DNA of 59,146 bases, filler included, from Sphacelaria rigidula (taxonomy: Eukaryota), in NCBI GenBank assembly GCA_964200075.2. It is 10 parts of 10 records of this genome, joined end to end, with 100 filler letters (N's around TTAATTAATTAA, not from the genome) between each part and the next. Parts side by side here need not be neighbours in the genome. Positions count along the whole stretch, not along the records: positions 11,851 to 17,675 come from CAXNAA020024170.1; positions 17,776 to 23,600 come from CAXNAA020024171.1; 8 more parts are not named here. One strand, 5' to 3'. Both the position numbers and the translations under genes were made by a program. Positions 12,152-23,700 of the stretch are shown here, one piece after another (position 1 is the stretch's first letter; each line of letters begins with the position of its first letter). The notes below the pieces were generated by a model, which ran no database searches, was not told where the DNA came from, and saw only the letters and a list, made by a program, of their open reading frames with translations.

Positions 12152-12306
12152 CTACGTAGTAGGATCATCCCCATTGTGGGGGAGGGGCAGCACGTTTTGC
12201 GCCCGAGTATGCTGTCTTTGTAAAATGTCATGAGCCGAGTGATCATGTGTCTCTTGCGCCGAAGCTTCATGGAACTGTTGGCGGTACTATGGTTCACACC
12301 ACAGTT

Positions 12307-12564
12307 GAGTGATGCTGCGATAGGGTCAGCATTTTTGTGGCCAAAACCGGTCTGATTCAGGGGTTCCTAAAATTAGGAACTACACAAGAATATGGGTCAG
12401 GATATCCCCGTTTGCAAATTCATTCGGGATATCCCTAGCAAATTGGAAGAAAAACCCTGGCGTGCTCTCACCTTTTTCGAAAGTCGTGTTTTGGATGAGA
12501 TAAAGGGTTCCTAACAATTCTACTCTCAGGCCGTAAAAGTGCTGAGCCTATCGCAGCATCCCTC
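12307..12564 (-). mobile_element. Sola2-like MITE, 258 bp, 4-bp TSD AGTT
   Basis: TIRs GAGTGATGCTGCGATAGG / CCTATCGCAGCATCCCTC, with AGTT on both sides. The interior is the reverse complement of the 56576-56835 copy. Confidence 0.8.
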
Positions 12565-13109
12565 AGTTCTCGAAGTGTGATCGTACAATGTGATGGGTGG
12601 AGCGTTGCACCGCACAATGTGCGACGTTGTCCACGGTCCGCATTTCTGGACACCTTGGTAGATGACACACAGGTGGCCACTGAGGTGCCTGTAACCTCAA
12701 ATTTGGACATTGCAGACGTCCCAAGGTTTGTAACGTCCAGATTTGAGATTGCAGGCACCCAATGGCCCGCCGTGCATGGTCTATTGGGATCTTGGGAAAA
12801 ACGCAACCTTACCAGGTACTATTCCCCGTACCCGGAAAGGGTCAAGGTCAGGTGTAGGATCCGAAAGTTTGGATACCTCGTTCGGTGATAGACCCTGACA
12901 AGGTCATCGCAAAAATCAACCTTGACAGGATATTGTCCCTCCGACCCCGGAGACGGAGCCGGATGTCCAGCTGTGTTGTCTGAGGAACAATTGCGTCATT
13001 CGTGGAGCACTTGCCTTTTGCCTTGTGAGGTCAAGCATTACATCAGGATTCCCGAGAGCGTTCATCGACTGCCGGCATCTTTGCAAGGTAACATTCTCCA
13101 GTTATTAAC

Positions 13110-13697
13110 ACGAGATTTTATAAATTGGGGGGCGGGAGGGGCGTACTCATTTGTTGCTTGCCTCAGTCGTTTGGCCATTGACCACGCATCCCTTTCGAGA
13201 CGAAGCACCGTTCCTACTCCTAATAGAGACACCTCCAACTTTCTGGCGCTCATTACATTTCTTCCGTAGCTCATGGCGTTTACAAATTGGGGACGAATCA
13301 TTTATTGGGGATGAAAACTCGGCGGATTACAATCTTCGTATCCACACCAAACCTTCGAAGCATGCTCTCGTTTCTTTACTTGCTGGAAGCTATTGACAAC
13401 CACTACACGCCATACAAATTTAGATTTCGATAAGCGAAATTTCGGGGTTCTACGTAAAAAACTCATTTTGGCGTCCGATCAAACACCTCAACCCCCCCCC
13501 AATTGTTTTTTTACCCAGGACTCCGACATTTTGGTCATCGAAATCTCAATTTGTATCGCAGGTAGCACTTGTCAATAGCTACCAGCAAGTGGAAAAATGA
13601 AAGAATACTTCGAAGATTTGGTGTGGATAGGAAGATTTTAGTCCTCCGGGTTTTCATCCCCAATAAACGATCCATCCCCAATTTGAAAAGTCCCGTG
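13110..13697. mobile_element. Fold-back MITE (CACGG/CCGTG termini) with a nested insert at about 13131-13279
   Basis: Arms ..TTACAAATTGGGG..GATGAAAAC..TATCCACACCAAACCTTCGAAG are mirrored at 13605-13697. The insert is flanked by TTA(T/C)AAATTGGGG direct repeats. Confidence 0.8.
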
Positions 13698-14947
13698 TTT
13701 ACTTCTACCGATTCCAGAAAACAAACTATATTATTGGGGCTAGAAGCTGGAAGATACGTTCGTGCAGGTCTGACAGTCGGGACAGGGCATGTTATAGATT
13801 CTGATCTGGTGTGAGGACGTGACGGAAATGCGACACGCATTTAAATCTTCCGATGGTCGCTGATGTAGTGGGAAAACAACTTTGTCGTCGCATACCAATG
13901 CATTACCTGGCCCAACCAAAACGTGCACTCTCCGCAATCAGGAATCATCCATAATTCTTTCAAAGCTTTAACGTGTGAAAGGAATTTTGACACCCAACTG
14001 ATCAAGGACAAGAGGATGGTATCTCGTGCCTAGGATCGAGGCCTCGATTGATCGCTAATCGTTTTCTATAAACCGTGATGCTCAACAACAATTTTTCTGG
14101 AGCTATCTGCCTCCCAAAACATATCAAGTGTAACATAAAAGGTATTGCACACTCAGCCCAAGAAGCCGTGACTAACTGGTCAGCGTCTTTGTTGAGGACG
14201 CGTTCAACCGAAGCAGATGGTAGCTGGGCATACAGCAGGTGATGAAATCCTCGAAGATGTGTCCTATTAGCTTCTACTGTGCTGCTGACTTTAACAGCGC
14301 CGGCTTGAAAACCAGGGTGAGATGAGGAGGCGACAGATCCAAGAAATCCTATCCTCAACTACATACAACAGATTCAAGAAAGTATTCCACAAAATTGAGC
14401 GCGTCGCTGAGTACTTCCAACTTCCCACCGTACGTTTCAACCTTCGTCGTTCAGCAGATGCCATTGGTCGTTTTCAACCGAGCTCGATGATCGCATCTGA
14501 TCACAACCACGTCATCATACGCCTTGTAATTACCACACGCACGCACTCTTAATCACGAAACGGTTAATTTCGTAAAGTGAGGTTCCTTCACCCTTAGTTG
14601 TACGTAAAAATATTCACCCAGAAACTTACTTCATTTACCCGTCAGTCATGTTGAAACGTGAAGAATGACGGGGCAACCCTATACTTTTTGTCTGTGTCTC
14701 GTCACAAACGTACGATCCACCCGAGCCCAACTCCTACCATCGCAGCATTTCCTCTGAAGAGAAGTATCCTAACCTCTACACTGAGGTCAACGTTCCTCTT
14801 CACACTGAAACCTGGTTATCAGTACACACGACTGCTATTCGGCCAGGAATAGCGCGTTGGCTTCACTTGTTCGTGATCATAATCCGCCAACTTCCGATAA
14901 CAGTGTTTTTCTCTCGTAGCGTCTCGGGGGCCCATACCTTGGACGCA

Positions 14948-16621
14948 CTAATCTTCGCCCCAGGCCGGTTTCCGTTCACGGTTAGGTGAAGGTTTTGGTG
15001 CAGGTTTGCGTCCAAAGGTTTTTGATAATACTGCTTGTTTTACTGCCTGTTTCCGATTACCTGGGGATACTGCGACCTGATGGTGTTGGCCTGGTCGGAA
15101 GGACCAAAACCGTTTAGCTACACCAGGCGAGGCGGGTTTGCGCTTCGGGTTCCGTTTCGCAGGAGCATTTTTAGCTATAGGAATACGCTTGAGTCTCCCC
15201 TCATTTTGTCGACGAAGGCGCCAATGACGTAGGGTTCGTAAGATGAACGTGGTTCCTTCCGTGGCCAACGCGATTAAGAAGTTTATGACTGCCATCGGCC
15301 CCCAAAGCTTACACCATACTCCGAAGGTGAGTATCAGGACTGCCGTAAAAGTACTCAGTACAATAAGCAAGACCGGCGGTTCAATTTCTACCATGACCAA
15401 TACAGGTCTCCTTTCTTTTCTCTCTTGTTGTTCAACTGTTCCTTCGAACCAGGATTTGTTAACTTCAACCTGGAAGGAACAGCTAGAAGTTTCACATGCC
15501 GGACGCACCGAAGTGCTCCTGAAAGATCCTAAACAGTCGCCCCCCGTTCCGTCGTATAGTGTGATCGTAACATTGCCCACGAAGAAACGAGAGTAGCTGT
15601 CGTAAACCATACTATTCAGGGCATTTGCTACATCGACAGGTTGTCCGGTAAAGGTCGGCGCTACATCGATGTCGCCGTCCCCGCTACACCTCACGTTGAC
15701 CCAATCATCGCATGACGTTGAATAGTTTAGCACGGACTTGTACTCCTCGCCTACCGACACTACTATCCCACTGCTCATTCTAATGTCTACGCGAATCGCG
15801 TCAAGGTGGCGGTCTATCTCGGTGAGATTGAATGGAGCCCACAAGCCCTCATTTGACGGAAGCATTGTACTATTCTCATCTGACCCAACACCGGTATCAT
15901 TCTCGTATGACTGAACAATCGCGTCGTTTTGGTCTTCCCTAGCCCACGTGTTCTGCCATCGCTCTGGGCAGGTGAGGTTACTACGGTCATTAACATTGGT
16001 AACTTGAACCAGCTGCTCCGCTATTTCTGACGACACTGCAATATCTTGCGTCAGAAACACAGTGACAAAGTACTTGAAGGTCAAATTTTTAGGTTGACCT
16101 TGCAAGTTGGTACCGTTCCACATCACATCAGGAATAGTAAAAAACTGATCACGAGGAATGTAGAGCAATATATTTCCCTCGTCGTACGGATGGTCATCAA
16201 TTGTGGAAAGCTCATATTCGGGTTCAACGGCGTTCTCATTTCCGTCATCGTCTATATCAATGTATCGGCCGTAAGCCGCCTCCGGAAGAAACGTAACAGT
16301 GGCCGTCATATATGCGGTTCCGTCCGCCTTGGCAATCCCATAGAATATCACGTCGCAGTCCGTGTCCTCGAAGCAGGGAAAAAACGGCTCCACGGGGGAA
16401 GCCCACACCCCTGTTTCCGCCGTGATGTTCATTGTGGCTGTCGCAGAATTAGCCTCGTCCCTGTCGTACACCACGAAGCTGAAGGAGTCATTCCCGACTA
16501 TCTGATCCTCGGGAGAGTTGGTTTCCACTGCCCAATTGAACATTTCATAAGCAACTGATGTTGACCATAACGCCTCCCACGCCACTACGGGGATATCGGA
16601 TGCCGACCCGTCGGAGTTCAC
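14948..16621 (-). CDS. Large terminal exon (557 codons) of a membrane-anchored surface glycoprotein with cadherin/bacterial-Ig-like repeats
   Basis: Pyrimidine tract plus AG|GTG acceptor at 16621 and an uninterrupted ORF to TAG. Motifs GNDSFSFVVYD..SATATMNI and VQVTNVND. The ectodomain is acidic with many N-x-S/T sequons, followed by a hydrophobic segment VLLIVLSTFTAVLILTFGVW and a Lys/Arg/Pro-rich tail. Confidence 0.85.
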   Translation of the reverse strand: MNSDGSASDIPVVAWEALWSTSVAYEMFNWAVETNSPEDQIVGNDSFSFVVYDRDEANSATATMNITAETGVWASPVEPFFPCFEDTDCDVIFYGIAKADGTAYMTATVTFLPEAAYGRYIDIDDDGNENAVEPEYELSTIDDHPYDEGNILLYIPRDQFFTIPDVMWNGTNLQGQPKNLTFKYFVTVFLTQDIAVSSEIAEQLVQVTNVNDRSNLTCPERWQNTWAREDQNDAIVQSYENDTGVGSDENSTMLPSNEGLWAPFNLTEIDRHLDAIRVDIRMSSGIVVSVGEEYKSVLNYSTSCDDWVNVRCSGDGDIDVAPTFTGQPVDVANALNSMVYDSYSRFFVGNVTITLYDGTGGDCLGSFRSTSVRPACETSSCSFQVEVNKSWFEGTVEQQERKERRPVLVMVEIEPPVLLIVLSTFTAVLILTFGVWCKLWGPMAVINFLIALATEGTTFILRTLRHWRLRRQNEGRLKRIPIAKNAPAKRNPKRKPASPGVAKRFWSFRPGQHHQVAVSPGNRKQAVKQAVLSKTFGRKPAPKPSPNRERKPAWGED

Positions 16622-17603
16622 CTTCGCCAGACGTTAGGAGAAGAAGAGATATAGAACGGGCCGAAATGTCATTCACGGTTGGTGTCATCAATACCTCCTC
16701 CCCACTATTTTGGGTGGCACATAACTACCGCGACCCGCGCTTTCATGTTTGCAACACCTGGCCCTCCATAAATGGGGTGATCCCACGATCCACATCGCAG
16801 GTATTATCGTATTAGCACACTAGCATTCCACTTTTGAAAAATGACTACGTTCTACCTCGTGGGGTTGAAAAGGCTCATTTCCAAGTGAAAACGAATATGT
16901 GAGCATCAAAGGACATTCAATTCATACCAGAAGTCTTTGTTCCATGCCCCACGGTGTTTCCTTGACGACGAAAAATGCGGTCAATGTTCCCCGAATGAAC
17001 TGTGATAGAGTTTCCCATAGGAGCAATGAGTTCTGCGTGATATGCTGATCAGATAGGATCCAGCGCAATTCGAAATGTTATCCTTCCTCAATGGTGGGCA
17101 AAAACACAAGACGGGGTCACTACGCCCAATGGAAACGTGTGACCATATGGTGACAAACTTCGGGGATTTTGCCGGATTGACAAGCTTGACGCGCACACTG
17201 TTTCCGGGTGTAGGCGCTTGATTGTATGCCCAGGACGGGTCGATTGAGAAGTTCGTCGGACGGGTCAGGGCAGAGACGTCAGAAACAGTCCCCGATGTGA
17301 TGAATCGAATATATCAACGTTTTTGTGGGATTGAGAGCCTAGGATACGATAGAAAATAAAAAAGCGATCAATTAGTAAAATGAATAATATAAGTTCTGAA
17401 ATGATTTTCCGGGCATATATACATTCTTGCCACTGAAGTCCTTGACATCAATGATTAGGACATCGGGTGTAGAGGTGAGCATACGACAGCATCACAGCCA
17501 AAGGAGAGCACGCACAGAATCAAAAGTTGATCAAGTTGAAGCGAATGAAAAAACTCACTCTCAATCAATCATGAGATCCTCAATGTCATTAGTACATTGT
17601 CAA

Positions 17604-17675
17604 ATAACAACAAATTGTGCGAATTGAGGTTTAACTTTGAAGTGAGGTTCAAGCCTAAAACAGTGCTTTCCTCAC
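17604..17675 (+). mobile_element. Truncated left end of a TAACA-type fold-back MITE at a contig end
   Basis: ATAACAACAAATTGTG.GAATTGAGGTTTAACTT..TGAGG.TCAAGCCTAAAACAGTGCTTTCC, also at 23530-23600. Related to 25341-25757 and 41307-41374. Confidence 0.75.
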
Positions 17676-17775
17676 NNNNNNNNNNNNNNNNNNNNNNNNN
17701 NNNNNNNNNNNNNNNNNNNTTAATTAATTAANNNNNNNNNNNNNNNNNNNNNNNNNNNNNNNNNNNNNNNNNNNN
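17676..17775. other. Artificial contig-joining spacer
   Basis: N44-TTAATTAATTAA-N44. Confidence 0.99.
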
Positions 17776-18205
17776 TGATGAATAACAACCCCCTAAGTTC
17801 AAATTGGATGTATCTGTTATTGCCGCAGCACCGTCCTTGCTGGCATATGTGTGTGACAGAGAACAGTAGCAGCGGTGACGGGAACATTGCCCTATTTTTT
17901 CAAAATGGTTTTCAGCGCACAATGGCACGTTCTGTCCAAAAGGAGAGGCAGAGAGAAATCGATGTTCGCGTTGGCGACAGGCAAGAAGAGACTACGGGAT
18001 TTCACCGCACGTCGATGCTCTGGCATATGAAACATGTGGCACATGCTGGTAAGATCAAGGATGCCAGTCTCTCGAGAGTTTGGTAATCGCCGAGCGGGGA
18101 CACACAAAGGGCACGGGCGAGGAGCTTCCTCTCTGTCATTGCTTCTCTCTCTGGTGATATCGTCATCGACCCGCGTGTACACCGCATTTCGTTGGGTTCA
18201 CCTAG
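17776..18205 (-). repeat. Dispersed repeat, copy 2 (homolog of 1277-1700)
   Basis: Reverse-complement similarity along its whole length. Confidence 0.85.
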
Positions 18206-20489
18206 CCAGAGTTGCTTACCCCTTGGACCGCGGTGCCCGTAGTCCATCTGGACCACGCGTGTACTTTTTTCAAGTGAATATTGATGCCGACTCAGCAGGT
18301 GACCTATTCTCGCGGTCTAACGGGTAACTCCTGCTGCGGAGGTTTGGGAAGAAAGATACTTTCGCTCTGCGTTACTCTTTCGTTTCTTCCTTGCAATAGA
18401 GAAACGTGACTTCAATCTCATTTGTCGTTTCAATCCCAAAATATAAAATCGGCTGTTAGTTCGCAAATTTGTTTTCCTGGAGCCGAGTTAGACCGCGTGT
18501 TGTCCTTATTATCCTGATATTCGCCATCAGAGGGAGTACATGTTTACCGTACGATGTGTGTCTGGCACAGGCTGGAGGACATTTCAATAGGCCAAATGGT
18601 ACATCCAACAATGGTGATATTCTGGTAGTCTGGAGACATTCCCCCAGCGTTTGGTCAGATATCAGCGCGTTTCGAATATTTTACCCTTGAACACGGGATT
18701 TTTCAAGTGGGGGGTGGTTCATATTTGGGGGATGGACAAAGTCAAACTTTGGACCGAAGAATGCCAAAACTATTTCGGGGTATCCGTACGGACCGCCATG
18801 TACTGTAAGCGGATTGTTAGATGCACGTTGGATTGAAATCTATCCGAACATCGAACAGAATCCAATCCTATATATATTTTTGTGTACATGCGTGATCTCA
18901 TAGCCTCCAGTAGTTTTCATGGGCCCCACGACGTCCCGAGCAGATCCAACGGCGAGTTATAATTGAAAAGACATGAATCTTAGAAACAAAATGCACTCAC
19001 CATTGAAACCATTGTTACACGGATGCAACAGGCGTTTTGCATTCGTGCCATCCGGTCGGATCGCAACTACAAACGATGTCCTCCCACGGACACTTTTCAT
19101 TGACTACCTCGACGTGGTCTCAGGTTCGCCGTATCTTACAGTCAACACCCACCGAGAAGGTTGCTTCCGCGGCCCGGCACTGGCTCGCGTCACTGCCCCC
19201 GCCGCCGCCGCTGAAAACCCTCCGAAACCTCGGGCGCCTATCCGACAAGTGAAGAAACAATATTTCAAAAGAATCGCTTTTGCACTTCCCGGTCCAACTT
19301 TTGACCTTGTCCACCTCCTCAAAACATCCGTCCCCCATTTGTAGAAGTTGTCAGTCGTCGGCCGGTTTCCCCGAGGGCTGTAAAGGATAGGGCCTTTACG
19401 GCGAAGATTACCGTCATGTCGGCGTCATCTAGAATGTTTGCGCCAACCGTGTTCAGTTCTGATATCCTCATCCAACAGATGTGCAATGCACTGTACTGAA
19501 AGCCTCGTTGTGTCTGCCAACAGTCTCTCGCTCTGCTCAACTTCCGGCGCTTTCCTGGCATGACACTCTGACCCTGGCGACAACAAGCATGTGCTACCAT
19601 GCACACCATGTACACGCGATACGAGCCGTGAAGTCCAAGAGAAAAGTGACCAAAGCAAATATCAGGTAACCCGACATATGAACTCACTTGTGGTTGAAGT
19701 GAAAACCAGAATAATACATTACTGTTGGTTTTCAAGGTACCCGATATGACAAAAGAGATGAAGATATTCAAGCATAGGAGCACATGTGCGCGTGTAATAC
19801 GATTCGGCAGATATGTATACGTTTTTGCGCGTGTGCACATACCAAGTTCTGTAACGAAATTGATATAACTTGCTTTCGACCGTCGCTTGTACCGCTGTTG
19901 AGAACGAAAGACATCCCTCTTCTATTTATATCTTGTAGCCGTGAAATAGAGCAGGATCGAACCAGGCCAGTAGCTCGGAAGGTGATCAGGCATCTTCGCG
20001 TTCAGGACGATTTCCCCTACGTTTGTTGTTGTATATGATTTCCCCCAACGTTGTCAGGTATTCTGTCGTTGTAGAGCAACTTCCCAAAATGTTGGCAGGT
20101 GTTCCACAAGCCTTCAGTTGTGTAAGACTGCATGTATCATGTCCGGTGAATTACGACTTGGTATTATGCGTTCAAGCTTGTCTGCTCCCATTTACCTCTT
20201 GTATCTTTTCAATGCTATATGTACTTCAGATCCATACTGCCGTACTGATGAGGAAGTCCCATGCCCTTGAATTACCTTGAGCACTAGAGTTGTAGTCGTG
20301 GCGATCCGTTTATGTAAAGCTTTTTTTCAGCAAGTGCAGGTAGTTCCTGTTCTTCCCGTTGATGTGTGACAATAGTACTTTTTCCCGAGTCGGTTTCTCC
20401 TGCAGCTGGCAGGAGAACCCTCCGGTGTTTTGCCATTTGTGCTACCGCGAAATGTTACTTCTCTCCAGAAACACCACGCGACCGAGCTG

Positions 20490-22028
20490 ATGGCCCGCGT
20501 GTCAGAACGAGAGTGCATCAACGAGGGCTGCTCAAAGCGGCCGAGGTATGGTGTACCGGGGAGCAAGAAGGCGGAGTTCTGCTCGAAGCATGCCAGGGCG
20601 GGAATGGTGAATGTGGTGAGCAGGACGTGCGGCAACGACGGCTGCTCCAGATGGCCGTTTTATGGTGTAGCGGGAAGCGAGAAGGCGGAGTTCTGCTCGA
20701 AGCACGCCAGGATAGGAATGGTTGACGTGTTGAGCAGGACGTACGGCGACAAGGACTGCTCCAGATGGCCGTCTTATAGTGTAGCGAAAAGCAAAAAGAC
20801 GGCGTTCTGCTCTCAGCATGCCAGGGCGGGAATGGTGAATATGGTAAACAGGACGTGCGGCGTCGAGGGCTGCTGCAAAAAGCCGTCGTATGGTGTAGCG
20901 GTAGGCAAGAAGGCCAAGTTCTGCTTGAAGCATGCCAGGGCGGGGATGGTTGATGTGGTGAGCAGGACGTGCGGCGACGTGGGCTGCTTCAAGATCCCCT
21001 CGTAGGGAGTAGCGGGAAGCAAGAAGGTCGAGTTGTACTCCCAGCATGCCACGGCGGGAATAGTGGATGTGGTAAACAGGACGTGCGGCGACCAGTGCTG
21101 CTCTACAAGGCCGTCGTATGGTGTAGCGGGAAGCAAGAAGGCCGAGTTCTGCTTGAAGCATCCCAGGACGGGAATGGTGAATGTGGTAAACAGGACGTGC
21201 GGCGACGAGGGCTGCTGCAAAAGGCCGTCGTATGGTGTAGCGAAAAGCAAAAAGGCGGAGTTCTGCTCTCCGCATGCCAGGGCGGGGATGGTTGATGTGG
21301 TGAACAGGACGTGCGACGACGAGGGCTGCTGCAAAAGACCGTCGTATGGTGTAGCGGGAAGCAAAAAGGCGGAGTTCTGCGCCCAGCATGCCAGGGCGGG
21401 AATGGCGGATGTGGTGAGCAGGACGTGCGGCGACGAGGGCTGCTCCCAAACCCCCTTGTATGGTGCAGCGGGAAGCAAAAAGGCGGAGTTCTGCTCTCCG
21501 CATGCCAGGACGGGAATGGTAGATGTGGTGAACAGGACGTGCAGCGACGAGGGCTGCTTCAAAGGGTCGTCTTATGGTGTAACGGGAAGCAAGAAGGCGG
21601 AGTTCTGCTCCCAGCATGCCAGGGCGGGAATGGTGGATGTGGTGAGGAAGAAATGCGGCGATGAGCGCTGCTCGAAGAAGCCGTCGTATGGTGTAGGGGG
21701 AAGCAAAAAGGCGGAGTTCTGCATCAAGCATGCCAGGGCGGGGATGGTGGATGAGGTGAGCAGGACGTGCGGCAACGACGGCTGCTCCAAAGGGCCGTTG
21801 TGCGGTGTAGCGGGAAGGGAAAAGGCGGAGTTCTGCTCGAAGCATGCCAGGGCGGGGAGGGTTCACGTGATGAGCTACAAGTCCAGCGAAGAGGGACGCT
21901 TGAAATTGGACATTCTCAATAACGGCGACCTTGATGAGGCAAAAATATGCCGACAGTATCCCACTGCGCATAAAGTAGCTACAGTGTACGACATGGAATA
22001 CCTCAGCTCTGCACACGTGGACAGATAG
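20490..22028 (+). pseudogene. EsV-1-7: EsV-1-7 cysteine-rich repeat protein: 12 x 38-aa C-x4-C-x16-C-x2-H repeats plus a degenerate 13th, with in-frame TAG at 21003-21005
   Basis: ORFs 20430-21005 and 21033-22028 are in the same frame. Period is 114 nt. Consensus RTCGDEGCSKRPSYGVAGSKKAEFCSKHARAGMVDVV is the EsV-1-7 motif of phaeoviruses and brown algae. The conserved Tyr (TAT) of repeat 5 reads TAG. The start may be ATG 20490 or the CTCCAG acceptor ending at 20468. Confidence 0.9.
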
Positions 22029-23529
22029 CACCCTGTGGGGCGCACTGTGCAGGGTCCGTACAAGGTCCTCCTCAGTCTTTGTGAAAAACCCCTGACAGTG
22101 AAATGCAAAATCTGTACCCATCGCAGCGTTTTGATAGGGTTTTCCCCAGGGTTGGATTTTCAACCCTGTGTAGGCACGTCGGCAAAGCCCTGCACAGTCA
22201 TGTGGTAGTGTTTTGGTGAAAAAACCTCAAGTGTGTTTTTTTTCGAAAATTCCAAATACTTGGGTACAAAATCTGTAAACTTATACATCTTCAATACCTT
22301 GTCGTCCTGTCCGAGGTAAATTCCTCGTCACCCGATTTGAATCGAGCGAAAAGGAATTTATTTTAGACAGCAGGACAAGCTAGATCCAAAACAGATCCTC
22401 TCCTCGCCCAATTCATTTCGGTGAAAAAAAGGATTTATTAAGAAGAGCAGAAGAAGCTGTTTAAGATCGATCCTTTTTTCGCCCATTTTTGAGATGAACG
22501 AAAAAAGGATATACTTCGAACAGCTTGTTCTGCTGCGCAAATCCCATGCACACTGGCAGAATCGGAATTTGAACAGCAGGACAAGCTCGAAATAAGTATT
22601 TACTTTTCCCTATAATTCCATCCAGAGATTGGGGGAAAATAAATTTTTACTGCGAGCAGCATCAGCTGCTGGGCAAATCTCGCATACTGCGTCGTCACCG
22701 GCACATGGGATCCGACACGCAGAAAACGTTGCTGAAAGGTATTCATCCTTTTGCCCCCCAGTCCATGTGTACATGGGCTAAAAGATGAATAGCTCTCAAC
22801 CACTTTCGCTGAATAGGGATCCCACACAGTGGATACGTGTGTATGTCCACACCTGTGCTTCGTCAGAAGCCCCTGGGAAGGTGGGAAGATGCCAGATTAT
22901 CTGGTACACCTCGTCAACCTATTTGCATTTTTCACAAAAAACCGTCTTCCCTTCTCTACCAACACGAACCATCTTTAGAAAATATCACTTAATCAATCGT
23001 ATATGAATAGTATATGTGGACCATCACTTCGCATATGTATCACCGCACACAAATCGAACATCAATTAACGCATACACCCGCCATGCAGCTATACTACCAC
23101 AACCCCGCAGCAAAGAGCACGGGTTGGGCACAGGGATATATATAGACACACATACACACTGCCGTGCGGGTGGATATGATGTATTTCTTGTTGGTGGAAA
23201 CTTGAGCACCTTCTTTCATGGCGGTCGCAACATCGCGCGCGGCGACGACATACGCGGGCGGGTGCGTATATATAGGCGGGTGCGAGGAACAATATCAACC
23301 AGCCGCGTATATTATGCATACTGCGGACGCACCGCGACATATCATATATATAGTGCAGCATACAGGCCGCGTACGATATGCTGCACGTTGTTCAAGTCCT
23401 TTTCACGTCGCACTGTGGGTAAAGAACATACATGAACACATTGTCCTGCGCTGTCTGTACTGTATATATTTCCCCTTCCCTTTCACGCCCTACTTACTGT
23501 GCTGCAGCAGCTGTGCGCGCAAATATATG

Positions 23530-23600
23530 ATAACAACAAATTGTGAGAATTGAGGTTTAACTTCGAGATGAGGCTCAAGCCTAAAACAGTGCTTTCCCCA
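23530..23600 (+). mobile_element. Truncated TAACA-type fold-back MITE end at a contig end
   Basis: Near-identical to 17604-17675. Confidence 0.75.
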
Positions 23601-23700
23601 NNNNNNNNNNNNNNNNNNNNNNNNNNNNNNNNNNNNNNNNNNNNTTAATTAATTAANNNNNNNNNNNNNNNNNNNNNNNNNNNNNNNNNNNNNNNNNNNN
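23601..23700. other. Artificial contig-joining spacer
   Basis: N44-TTAATTAATTAA-N44. Confidence 0.99.

Noticed and set aside
16981..17300. Upstream exon of the 557-aa membrane protein
   Set aside because: An open stretch exists, but I could not find convincing phase-compatible splice sites.
20490..22028. Integrated phaeovirus genome
   Set aside because: No other viral genes or gene-dense DNA in the contig. EsV-1-7 repeats are also common in host genes.
20532..22163. 543-aa and 249-aa minus-strand ORFs
   Set aside because: Antisense shadows of the EsV-1-7 repeat. They stay open only because the 114-nt unit lacks stops in those frames.
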